Shown: positions 50,001-58,410 of the stretch, one piece after another
How the letters are laid out: each line of letters opens with the position of its first letter
Numbering within the stretch: position 1 is the first letter of the stretch
Translations under genes and position numbers: made by a program
NCBI GenBank assembly: GCA_003056205.1
Contig: LSNS01000004.1
Coordinates: forward strand, 188,630-252,629
Direction: 5' to 3'
Origin: Parcubacteria group bacterium M6-OD1-4
GTDB lineage: Bacteria > Patescibacteriota > Patescibacteriia > Patescibacteriales > UBA12465
DNA length: 64,000 bases
Notes under the pieces: model-generated
What the model saw: the letters and a program-made list of their open reading frames with translations, nothing else
Databases searched by the model: none
What the model was told of the DNA's origin: nothing

Positions 50001-51564
50001 GAGTCACTGGAGTGCCCACGGGACCATTTTGAGGATCTATTTTACATAAACTAGTTTGTAGCGCTGAATTTTTATCAAATTTAAAAGCACGAGGATTTAA
50101 AATATTAGTATTAATAATATCTTTACCTAAATTAATACTAATGGGATAAGAACCATTGGCTAGACCAGTAGGAACTTTTACAATAATCTGATTATTAGTC
50201 CAAACAGAATTTAAACAAACTGTTGGAAAATTATAACTAGCTTCTACTTTTCCAAAATAAACTTGAGTTTTACCCCGTTGCTGACCGAAACCACTGCCTT
50301 GAATGGTGATATATTGACCAGTATTGCCAGTAGTCGGGGAGAAACTTGAAATAAAGGCCCCTGACCCTGGTTCGGCTTGTTTAGTAAATAGTAAATAATT
50401 ACTTTTTTCTAATGAACCATTAATTTTGGTTTGTACAAAGCTACTGGAAATTCCCGTTTTAATATTAGGAATTGTTGAACTACCAGTTAAACCAGCAGGG
50501 CTTAGAAAAGAAGATTGCAAAGCTTGAATATTATTCTGATAATTACCGAAATAAGCCGAAGCTGAATGTAAATTAACTCCTAAATATCCCACCGAGGAAC
50601 TCAGGGTTCCTTGGCTAGGACTAAGTTGACATAAACCAGGACGCAGAATTTTATTTACTTGAAAATCTGGAATTTTCGGACCATAAGAATCATTACTTAA
50701 GTCAGAAGAACCATTTTGATTAATAACTTTAAGAGGACCAGTAGTTGCTCCTTTAGGAACCGCAATAATTATTTGATTTGTCTTCCAAGAATTAACACAG
50801 GCTGGATTTAAATTATTAACTTGATTAGCAAGAACTGGCTTTCCTTGTCCAACAAAAACAACTTTGCTACTCGTGGCTGAATAAGTCCCAAAATTTTGCC
50901 CAGAAATAGTAATAAAATTATCAACTGTGCCATTGGGAGTTACTAAATTACAGCTTCCTGAAGAACACTGGCTATTAGTAGAGCAAGATTTATCTAAATT
51001 ATTAGTGCAAAATCCACCAGCGGGACTAATTATTTGAATTACGGGATGACCACTACTAGCCTGACAATTTGGGTTAGGATTAGTAGCACAATTATTAGGA
51101 ACACCTCCGCCGCCACCGCCAGTACAATCAGTACCAACACAAGTACCAAAGCCGTTGCCATTACCATTCCCATTATTTCCACCATTACCACCATTCATCG
51201 CCCCACCCAATTTAGAGATTAAAAAGGTGGCAATCCCCCAAGAAGCCAAAATAATAACTAAACCAATAATTCCATTTTTTAAGATTTTCTTTGCCGTTTC
51301 TATTTTTTCTTCATTACCATTAGAAGTTAACCAAATAAACCCAGCATAAGCAATAAAACCCACAGCGATTACTCCTAAAAATCCTAAAGCAATATTCACA
51401 ATTCGACCTAATAAAATTCGCGGATCAACACTAGTTAATGATCCACCTAAACCATTATTAACAGCATTCAAACCAAGCCCTTGTGCAAATACAAAATTAG
51501 CAACAAAGAGTCCACCAATTAATAGACTAAATACTAATAAATTTTTAATAATTTTTCTAATCAC
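47038..51564 (-). CDS. Very large exported protein: TrbC/VirB2-like pilin domain, IPT/TIG, Cys-rich repeats, Ig-like and FN3 domains
   Basis: Signal peptide, two-TM pilin motif YAGF.W.TS.G.EEKI..AK..L.N.IIG, I.G.NFG..W....I...VP repeats, and two FN3-like C-terminal units. Confidence 0.8.
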   Translation of the reverse strand: MIRKIIKNLLVFSLLIGGLFVANFVFAQGLGLNAVNNGLGGSLTSVDPRILLGRIVNIALGFLGVIAVGFIAYAGFIWLTSNGNEEKIETAKKILKNGIIGLVIILASWGIATFLISKLGGAMNGGNGGNNGNGNGNGFGTCVGTDCTGGGGGGVPNNCATNPNPNCQASSGHPVIQIISPAGGFCTNNLDKSCSTNSQCSSGSCNLVTPNGTVDNFITISGQNFGTYSATSSKVVFVGQGKPVLANQVNNLNPACVNSWKTNQIIIAVPKGATTGPLKVINQNGSSDLSNDSYGPKIPDFQVNKILRPGLCQLSPSQGTLSSSVGYLGVNLHSASAYFGNYQNNIQALQSSFLSPAGLTGSSTIPNIKTGISSSFVQTKINGSLEKSNYLLFTKQAEPGSGAFISSFSPTTGNTGQYITIQGSGFGQQRGKTQVYFGKVEASYNFPTVCLNSVWTNNQIIVKVPTGLANGSYPISINLGKDIINTNILNPRAFKFDKNSALQTSLCKIDPQNGPVGTPVTLWGEYFGAVNSNGLVKFNPNENATGTIQQSGQADLIKTKVPNKALTGPVKVVKNSAWGNTLNFNIGSCTINSDCSGTQVCCAQNTYQHGRCVNTLQDCLINIPTSVFEWSFNTGFGIISPPPPPPSDPCTAFTNLNACQANTGCCFDAEATGGAKCRSGSQITGSSDKGYCAYYNCSLANPSQCATSTPVKKGNYKTLDVCNNRCPVQPACGSFTTLNDCQADTRCCFDSQATGGAKCRSGNQIIDSAVSTNNGYCAYYSCKLPPPATNSDLCATSTPSATGTYSNVSSCLLKCNSTSTSSTIVRPKIVSTSPKHLAVNVCRNTLVKINFNQRLDSSSYAQNFLLLEAKDYKNGVCPSGTFLVTNNSLISELNSDPQTWWQKVEQRFRRTLAFLTGNLSSSVFAAGPNSNSLYCSIPGMVYNENHGQNSSLVFRPKKILDPTATYYVVVKGDESLNNKTGILNFKDIGFVGPGYFNPTTATYISGKLIRFNNNYYANSQIIKFSTLSAQGPMNGICAVNHVTLTPSSYLFNTTNNALQSQENDANAALSNSSFDTVADSDKVFTATAYSIDKQILQPVIGYNWTWKFSLDNTVPRIATISSVPNLPANEVFVRANPGITDAQTKLTATVDMNNFISPKCTSDCNTYSGGNGFNTSANIYVFICNNPWPPVNLVSGTWAPWTDTSQGTNSANYNYQFYYCRDQGSSGTSDNLPALNSQPLTLGRSATLVCSSNHQTCQTVGEACGSNNSNGQQTGICTWGLLKQSYFFRAPILSGATITNASDQLTGGLIKLNWQSNANKVYSYKIYYSSPSQGATSSQEVLATKVCQLGVKTNNCQTSIGGLSNGVSYNFQISVISTDKTESALSPVVTAIPSDQTPPSVPTNLQAIISPTSTIKFSWATSTNGVSFYRLYHGIISGKYGESFDSQASSTSLSLPTNKFSLGNNYFTVSAFDSSHNESIQSGELTCVMSLDSAYPSSTVWTKLKCTP
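49120..49625 (-). repeat. Two tandem ~80-aa Cys-rich repeats inside the 1508-aa ORF
   Basis: CQA.T.CCFD..ATGGAKCRSG.QI..GYCAYY.C..CATSTP occurs twice; the DNA GACCGACATTT.GCTCCGCCAGTAGCTT is near-identical at about 49284 and 49529. Confidence 0.9.
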
Positions 51565-51628
51565 AAAGTTTAAATTTTTATTATGTTTTCTATTATCTTA
51601 TTTCTAATTTTCCTAATTATTTAATAAT

Positions 51629-54337
51629 TTATTGACAATTGCCGTTCGTTCCCAAGGTTTTGGTTGGACTTCCAAAACAACAAGAAGGAGTACCACTGGT
51701 TGCTGCACAAGAAGGGCCCGCACTAGGTTTATAACAATTCTGATAAATATCCTTCACGCCAGAACCAACTTGAGCCTGAAAAGTCGCCGACGCTTTTAAA
51801 GGGGAATGGAAAATCGTCGCTTGGGTAATATCGGGAAAACCATCATAAGGTGGTAAATCTTTATTCTGAGCACTCAACCAATAACCCAGGGGACTAGGCG
51901 AAAGACTATAAAGATTAATGAGGTGGTGTTCAGTCTTTGAATTTTTATTAATTACTTTTACCGCTCCCGATTGAAGAGTGCTTTTCATCATTAATTTATT
52001 AAAAGTAATATTAACAGGAACGGTCAGTTTTAATTTTTTCTGTCCTTGGATTGGACTAATATTACTAATAATTGGCGGATTTAAATTAAGTTTATCACTA
52101 ATATAGAATGACCACTGATAGTTATCTTTTTGTGCTAAATTAACAGTTGAACTAGCAGTATAGTTGTCATTATAGAAAGAGATTGGCCCATTGGCGACTC
52201 CGTCACGATTACCATCTAAAGAATTGAGCGAAGCACTAAGCACCCCATCTAATTTAGTGGCATCAGCGGCGGGATAGTTCTGACCTGAGGAGTTTTGACA
52301 AGTGGAATAGGCGAGTGAGCTAGCAGAACAAGTTCGAAATGATCCATCAGCCCAACAACTCTTATCACTGGTACAAGCCTGAAGATCAGCCGCCGTTAAT
52401 TTAACAGTTAAATGACTATTAGAAGGTAAACAATAAATTTTTTCACCACAAGCATTAATACCGCACTCTTGATTAGAGGTAAATTCTACAGTGTGGTAAG
52501 CATTACTAACCATGAAATTACCATCTAAATAATTACCAACACAAGTATTATTAGAACATTTATAAGACTGACATTGGGCATTATTACTGCAAACCGCCCC
52601 TGCTGAACTACTAGAAGCATTAGCATTAACAACTTTAATATATTTAACAACTTTTTCAGCTGGTCCAGAAATTGTGAGAGGATTAATAGCTTTATTAAAA
52701 TTAATTTGAATAACAGTATTTAAAGGTTGATCGGGTTTATCTTGAAATTGGTTAGTAACTTTCCGATCACGTCCTCCGGTCAGTGGAATAATTTGAATGG
52801 CTGGCGAATTACTCGTACTGACCGCAATATTATTACCACTAAGCCCCTGGACTTTAGCACTGAGATTTACAGTTGAACCATTCAAACTAACATTAATAGC
52901 AGAATTACCACTAATTTTAGCTTCAATATTTGATGCTAATTGATTATTACTAAAATTATTAGGAACTAAAATATTATTATTTAAACTAGAACTAGCAAAA
53001 GTATAGACTAGCGAATTAATAGTTAAATTATCGGCTAATTTCTCCGGACTAATTTTAATATCCCATAAACTGCCGGCTGGATGTTGCGGAGCAATAAAGG
53101 TCATAAATCCTTTGAAGACGGCCTGTCCCGAAGAATTAAAACTAGCAACACCGAGAGGATTATTGTGAACATCAAACAATTGTGCCTGATTGGGAGCGGT
53201 GGCGGAAACGGAAATTTTAAACTCAGTAATTGATCCTTGATAATCTAGCAAAACTCGGGCCGTACTTGGAGTAGCAGTGTTTTCTGCGGTCACCGATAAA
53301 ACTTTAGCTGGACTATAAATATTGGGACGAGCTTGAACAATAATCTGACCATGGGCCGCTTGGGCCGGACTGGTTTGATTAATAATATCTCGAGCATTAT
53401 CTGGTGGCGGAAAAATGCCATTAGGAACAACTATCGGGGGTACTAAATCTAGTTTATTACTAACGGTAAAATTCCAAGCAGCATAGTTTGTTGAGCAAGT
53501 AGCAAACATCGAAGAATTATCTACTTTCCGAATAACATTTGTAAATTTAACAGTGTACGGGGTATCACCATTAGAACGACCAAGATATTGACGAGGGATT
53601 AATAACAAAGTTTGATGATCGCTAGAAACTTGAACAGAAATGTCAGTATTATTAGTATTAACTTTTGGACAAGATATTTTTGAACAAGCATCGCCTAAAT
53701 CTTGGGTATAAAGTCTAACCGCCGCCGGGTTAATTTGGTCACAACTAGAAGTGTTGGAACACGCACAACTACTTCCAGAACTATCAACACAAACTGTATC
53801 TAACTTAACTTTATTCTTGAAACTAATAATAAGTGAGGTGTTCCGTGGAACATTTTGTTGACCATTTGTCGGATAAGTATTCTGAATTGTACAAGCACCA
53901 ATAACGCCAATCCCCGGATTATTAAATCCCGGTCCTGTCGGAGGCCCTGGCACTGGAACATTTACACCAATCATCGCTGCGGCTAATCTGCTAATAATAA
54001 AAGTAGCAATCGCCCAAGAACTTAAAATAATTACTAAACCAATAATAGCATTTTTAAGAATTTTTTTAGCACTAGTTATTTTTTCTTCATCACCATTAGA
54101 AGTCATCCATAAAAAACCAGCATAAATAATAATGGAAACGGCAATTACTCCTAGGAAACTTAGAGCAATTTGAATAATTCGACCAATTAAAATTCGGGGG
54201 TCAGTCATCGTTAATGATCCGGCAAGACCATTATTAACAATATTAATTCCAAAACTTGCTGCTAATACAAAATTACTGATGAATATTATTCCCAGGAAAC
54301 TAAGGAAAGGGATAATTAATTTCAATCTTTTAATCAT
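51629..54337 (-). CDS. Large exported protein: TrbC/VirB2-like pilin domain plus Ig-like (SbsA/Big_5-type) and Cys-rich domains
   Basis: Pilin N-terminus is paralogous to that of 47038-51564; P..G..NVPRNT...I.F Ig-like motifs; Cys-rich C-terminus. Confidence 0.8.
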   Translation of the reverse strand: MIKRLKLIIPFLSFLGIIFISNFVLAASFGINIVNNGLAGSLTMTDPRILIGRIIQIALSFLGVIAVSIIIYAGFLWMTSNGDEEKITSAKKILKNAIIGLVIILSSWAIATFIISRLAAAMIGVNVPVPGPPTGPGFNNPGIGVIGACTIQNTYPTNGQQNVPRNTSLIISFKNKVKLDTVCVDSSGSSCACSNTSSCDQINPAAVRLYTQDLGDACSKISCPKVNTNNTDISVQVSSDHQTLLLIPRQYLGRSNGDTPYTVKFTNVIRKVDNSSMFATCSTNYAAWNFTVSNKLDLVPPIVVPNGIFPPPDNARDIINQTSPAQAAHGQIIVQARPNIYSPAKVLSVTAENTATPSTARVLLDYQGSITEFKISVSATAPNQAQLFDVHNNPLGVASFNSSGQAVFKGFMTFIAPQHPAGSLWDIKISPEKLADNLTINSLVYTFASSSLNNNILVPNNFSNNQLASNIEAKISGNSAINVSLNGSTVNLSAKVQGLSGNNIAVSTSNSPAIQIIPLTGGRDRKVTNQFQDKPDQPLNTVIQINFNKAINPLTISGPAEKVVKYIKVVNANASSSSAGAVCSNNAQCQSYKCSNNTCVGNYLDGNFMVSNAYHTVEFTSNQECGINACGEKIYCLPSNSHLTVKLTAADLQACTSDKSCWADGSFRTCSASSLAYSTCQNSSGQNYPAADATKLDGVLSASLNSLDGNRDGVANGPISFYNDNYTASSTVNLAQKDNYQWSFYISDKLNLNPPIISNISPIQGQKKLKLTVPVNITFNKLMMKSTLQSGAVKVINKNSKTEHHLINLYSLSPSPLGYWLSAQNKDLPPYDGFPDITQATIFHSPLKASATFQAQVGSGVKDIYQNCYKPSAGPSCAATSGTPSCCFGSPTKTLGTNGNCQ

Positions 54338-54374
54338 CTTTGATAAGTAATAAAAATTTTAAATTAAGTTTCAA

Positions 54375-54407
54375 TATGATATAATATATTAATCTTATTA
54401 TATCATA
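54375..54407. promoter_or_regulatory. Symmetric pair of extended -10 promoters for the surface cluster (minus) and rel (plus)
   Basis: Perfect 12-bp inverted repeat TATGATATAATA-N9-TATTATATCATA; each arm contains TGnTATAAT. Confidence 0.6.
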
Positions 54408-54477
54408 GAAAATTAAAAATAAAAAAGAAAAAGATTAAAAATAAGATAAAATAAACAAAAAATTATCAACCCAACCT

Positions 54478-55944
54478 ATGACGATTGAGAGAATAATACA
54501 AAAATTTAAAGAAAACCATCCTGGAGAAGATACCACGGTCTTGTCATTGGCTTTTGAATTTGCCTCAGTTGCCCATGCTAATCAAAAACGACAAAGTGGT
54601 GAATCTTATATCCAACACCCTCTACACACTGCTTATATTTTAACGGAAATCAAAGCGGATTTAGCAACTGTCGCTGCTGGGCTACTTCATGATGTTCCTG
54701 AAGATACTGATCGTACTTTAGAAGACATTAAAATACTTTTTGGTCCTGATATTGCTATGCTAGTGGAGGGAATTACTAAATTAGGTAAAATAAAATATCG
54801 CGGTGTAGAACGCTATCGAGAAAATTTAAAGAAAATGTTTCTGGCAATGTCCAGCGATCTCCGGGTAATTTTTATTAAATTCTGTGATCGCTTAAATAAT
54901 CTCCGAACCTTAGAGAGTCTTCCTCCTGAAAAACAAAAAAGGATTGCCCAAGAAACTTTAGAAATTTATGTGCCCATCGCCAGTCTACTTGGTATTAGTC
55001 GTCTAAAATGGCAGATGGAAGATATTTGTTTTAAGTTCCTTTATCCCGAAGAATATCAGGAACTAGAGTATAAATATGAGGTAGAAAAAAAAGTAGAAAG
55101 AAATCGTTTCTTTCAAAAAGTCAAAAGCATTTTAAATCCAAAATTAATGGAAGCAGGGATTCAATACACTATTGAGGTTCGTTTCAAACATCTCTACAGT
55201 ATTTATCTAAAGATGCAAAAAAAAGAACGAAAGTTTAACGAAATCTATGATGTTTTTGCCCTGCGTTTAATTGTCCCCACAATTGATGATTGCTATAAAA
55301 GTTTAGGAGTTATTCATACTCTCTGGAAACCTTGGCCAAATCGTTTTAAAGATTATATTGCCGTTCCTAAACCTAATGGCTATCGTTCACTCCATACCAC
55401 TGTTTTTGGACCAGAAGGCAAGGCGACCGAATTTCAAATTAGAACCCAAGAAATGCATGAAGAAAGTATTTATGGTTTAGCGGCTCACTGGTATTATAAA
55501 ATTCAAAAAGGTTCAGAATCTTATAAAACTCCAGGCTGGGTAGAAGAAATTCTCGATATTCAAAAAGAAATCAGTAATACTAATGAATTAGTTAAAAAAA
55601 TAAAATTAAATATTTTTCAAGATCGCATCTTTGTTTTTTCACCGCGTGGCGATGTTTTTGAACTTCCCGAACATGCCACGCCAATTGATTTTGCTTATGC
55701 GGTTCATACTAATATCGGGAATAAAGCCGCCGGAGCAATTATTAATGATAAGTTTGGTAGTCTAGATCAAAAACTGAAAAACGGTGACTTTGTTGAAATT
55801 GTCACCGAAAAGAATCGTCCTTATCCAAATCGGGATTGGTTGAAATTTGTTAAAACTAAACGAGCTCGTGACCACATTAAACAATTTGCCAAAAAATCAA
55901 CTTTAGAAAATATCAGAAAATTTATTCCTGGTATTAAGAAATAA
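54478..55944 (+). CDS. rel: RelA/SpoT homologue (HD hydrolase + synthetase + TGS, no ZFD/ACT)
   Basis: H..Q.R.SGE.YI.HP, LHDVPEDT, RFKDYIA.PK.NGY.SLHT, EFQIRT and TPIDFAYAVHT motifs. Confidence 0.93.
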   Translation: MTIERIIQKFKENHPGEDTTVLSLAFEFASVAHANQKRQSGESYIQHPLHTAYILTEIKADLATVAAGLLHDVPEDTDRTLEDIKILFGPDIAMLVEGITKLGKIKYRGVERYRENLKKMFLAMSSDLRVIFIKFCDRLNNLRTLESLPPEKQKRIAQETLEIYVPIASLLGISRLKWQMEDICFKFLYPEEYQELEYKYEVEKKVERNRFFQKVKSILNPKLMEAGIQYTIEVRFKHLYSIYLKMQKKERKFNEIYDVFALRLIVPTIDDCYKSLGVIHTLWKPWPNRFKDYIAVPKPNGYRSLHTTVFGPEGKATEFQIRTQEMHEESIYGLAAHWYYKIQKGSESYKTPGWVEEILDIQKEISNTNELVKKIKLNIFQDRIFVFSPRGDVFELPEHATPIDFAYAVHTNIGNKAAGAIINDKFGSLDQKLKNGDFVEIVTEKNRPYPNRDWLKFVKTKRARDHIKQFAKKSTLENIRKFIPGIKK

Positions 55945-55972
55945 AAAATCACTTCGGTAAAAGTGATTTTTT
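55943..55972. terminator. Bidirectional terminator between rel and rpsU
   Basis: AAAAAATCACTT-CGGTAA-AAGTGATTTTTT. Confidence 0.8.
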
Positions 55973-55998
55973 AGATTCTCACAAATAAAAATGAAGTT

Positions 55999-56232
55999 TT
56001 AAGAACGCATCGTGCCTTCTGGTAATTTACCAATTTTACGTAAATATTCATTCTTCTTCTGTAAATCAAGACCAATTAGAGCTTGTTTTTTCTGAAGGTG
56101 TTTAGTCTTTTTTGGTTTCAAATGTTGTTTAGAGCGTGCTTTCTCTAAACGTTTACTATTTTTGAGTCCTTTCTTAAATTTCCGTAAAAAACTCTCAAAA
56201 CTTTCACCTGGTTTTCTTTTAAAGTCTGCCAT
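55999..56232 (-). CDS. rpsU: 30S ribosomal protein S21
   Basis: MADFKRKPGESFESFLRKFKK..KPK. ATG 56232 is preceded by AGGGGGG and overlaps the hisS stop. Confidence 0.8.
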   Translation of the reverse strand: MADFKRKPGESFESFLRKFKKGLKNSKRLEKARSKQHLKPKKTKHLQKKQALIGLDLQKKNEYLRKIGKLPEGTMRS

Positions 56233-57604
56233 ATAGTCCGCCCCCCTTTCTATTATTAATTTTTTTTTCAACTAATTTATTTTTTTTATTCAAGTGTTCC
56301 TTAATCTTTTTGTAAACTATCGTTTCCTGTGTTCCCGAGTCCATATCACGGAGCAAGATAGTGCCATCCATAATTTCTTTCTTTCCTAAAATTAAGCTCG
56401 TCTTGGCCTGCATAGCTACCGCCTCTTCTAATTGATTTCTTAAACTATCCGAAGTTAAGGATTGTCGGACTTTAAAGCCTGCTTGTCGTAAATCAATAAA
56501 TAATTGAAAAGCTTTAATTCGCGCCTGATTACCTAATTGAGCGATAAATATTATATCATCTTCATACTTATTAATCAAGTTCGCTTTATCTTTGATTTTA
56601 GCAATTGTTCTTTCTAAACCAATAGCAAGACCCACTGCTGGAGTTGCTAAACCACCAAAATCTTCAATTGCAGAATCATAACGACCACCACCAGCTAACG
56701 CTAAGCGCCCCGCAGGCACGCCCTCATTATTTAGTGGCCAGAATTCAAAAACCGTATCATTATAATAATTTAAACCCCGTACTAAATAAGGGTTAAAATT
56801 ATAATTGACATTAAGTTCATCTAAAAATTCGAGAGTCTTGGTAAAATGTTCTCGTCCCTCTGCTGATAAATGGTCAACAATCTGAGGAGCCTCTTCATGA
56901 AGTTGAAGACAAGATTCTTCCTGACAATCTAACAGTCCTAAACAATTTTTATTTAAGTTATTCTTACAAGAACGACATAGTTTGGAACGTCGTCCTCGCT
57001 CTTTATAGAAGTTTAATAATTTATTACAATATTCTCGTTGACAATCGGCTTGTCCAATACTGTTGATTTGCACCTGGACTTTGATTCCTAATTCGGCAAA
57101 AAAACTATTAGCCAAGGCAATTAGTAAAGCCTCAGAGAGGGGTTTATCATCACCAATAATCTCCAAATTTAATTGAGTAGATTCTCGATAGTGTCCAGTT
57201 TGTAATTTATCATAACGAAAAATCGGTCCCAATGAGAATAAACGAGCAGCTGAATTTTGTTCATTTAAATCACTAGCAACATAAGCTCGTAACACTCCTT
57301 GAGTAATTTCTGGCCGCAGAGTAATTTTTTCATTTTTTCCACCTAATACTGAATAAAATTCATGACCAGTATTTTTTCTAGTAGACTTTTTATATAAATC
57401 ATAAGTCTCTAAAATCGGAGTTTTAATTGAACTAAAACCATAGATCTTAGCAAATTCTCGAGCCCGAGCAATAACATAATCATAATACTGGGAATCAAGT
57501 CCCAACAAATCCTTCATACCAAAAAGTCGAGGAAAAGTTTTTTTATCTTCTGCTTCCGTTGTTTGGTCTTTCGGTTTGGCAGTATTTTTTTTTGTTTTTG
57601 GCAT
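56219..57604 (-). CDS. hisS: Histidyl-tRNA synthetase or a divergent HisRS paralogue
   Basis: LRPEIT, GPIFRY, VRGLNYY, GGGRYD, GLER and an anticodon-binding domain. Several motif-2 residues deviate from consensus. Confidence 0.75.
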   Translation of the reverse strand: MPKTKKNTAKPKDQTTEAEDKKTFPRLFGMKDLLGLDSQYYDYVIARAREFAKIYGFSSIKTPILETYDLYKKSTRKNTGHEFYSVLGGKNEKITLRPEITQGVLRAYVASDLNEQNSAARLFSLGPIFRYDKLQTGHYRESTQLNLEIIGDDKPLSEALLIALANSFFAELGIKVQVQINSIGQADCQREYCNKLLNFYKERGRRSKLCRSCKNNLNKNCLGLLDCQEESCLQLHEEAPQIVDHLSAEGREHFTKTLEFLDELNVNYNFNPYLVRGLNYYNDTVFEFWPLNNEGVPAGRLALAGGGRYDSAIEDFGGLATPAVGLAIGLERTIAKIKDKANLINKYEDDIIFIAQLGNQARIKAFQLFIDLRQAGFKVRQSLTSDSLRNQLEEAVAMQAKTSLILGKKEIMDGTILLRDMDSGTQETIVYKKIKEHLNKKNKLVEKKINNRKGGGLYGRL

Positions 57605-57607
57605 AAT

Positions 57608-58177
57608 TTAATTTTTATATTTTGGCCAATGAGCAGCATCAAATAAAGTTACCTCATCTAATGGCCAGCCACGAAATAAAACTTTCCCAATAATAAAACT
57701 AGAATTAACTGGACCAAAATAACGAGAGTCTTTAGAAGCATGCCGATTATCACCAAGGACATAATATTGATGAGGACCAATATCAATTTTCTTCTGATCT
57801 TGATCGAAAGTAGTTAATCTCGGAAATAAATATTTCTCAGATAAAGTGAAACCTTGGGGGTGTTTTTTATTATAAATGATAATATGACCTTGTTTAAATT
57901 GTATCTGCTCGTTTGGCAAACCAATAATTCTTTTAATAAAATATTCTTGAGGATTAAGGGGATAACGAAAAACAATCACTTGTCCCCGTTGCGGTGCTTC
58001 AAAACGATAGCTAATTTCATCCACAATCAAATATTGATTATTTTGGAAATTAGGTTCCATTGAAGAACCCTTCACATAGAAAGGTTGAATAAGAAAATAA
58101 CGTACTGGCAAAATAATCGCTAGAGAAATAGCTACAACCTTAACAATTTCCAAAGTAAATAAAAAAAACTTTTTCAT
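57608..58177 (-). CDS. lepB: Signal peptidase I
   Basis: GSSMEP, FIKRIIGLP and GDNR..S.DSR motifs. Confidence 0.96.
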   Translation of the reverse strand: MKKFFLFTLEIVKVVAISLAIILPVRYFLIQPFYVKGSSMEPNFQNNQYLIVDEISYRFEAPQRGQVIVFRYPLNPQEYFIKRIIGLPNEQIQFKQGHIIIYNKKHPQGFTLSEKYLFPRLTTFDQDQKKIDIGPHQYYVLGDNRHASKDSRYFGPVNSSFIIGKVLFRGWPLDEVTLFDAAHWPKYKN

Positions 58178-58410
58178 AAAAAATAAGAATTAACCTTTAC
58201 TATATCAAAAACTAGTAAATAAATCAAATCAGTATAACTGGGTAATAATTATTGAAAAAAATGTTCCATAATGTTAAACTGATGATAAAGAGTAAATAAT
58301 AAGTGCCCGAAGAACACAAATTAATGGTTAATTAGTGAAGTCCTACGAGGGAGGACGAGAGCTAGATTATAATAAATTATTTAATAAAATATAAAGTTAA
58401 TTATTAATAT

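Noticed and set aside
58279..58365. Hammerhead ribozyme, PyrR loop, T-box or c-di-GMP-II resemblance (CTGATGA, GTCC..GGACGA, AGTA)
   Set aside because: The core elements are not contiguous or complete: no CUGANGA-stem-GAAA, no T-box UGGNACC, a mismatch to ARUCCNGNGAGGYU, and no GUGCAACC. Kept only as an unnamed candidate.
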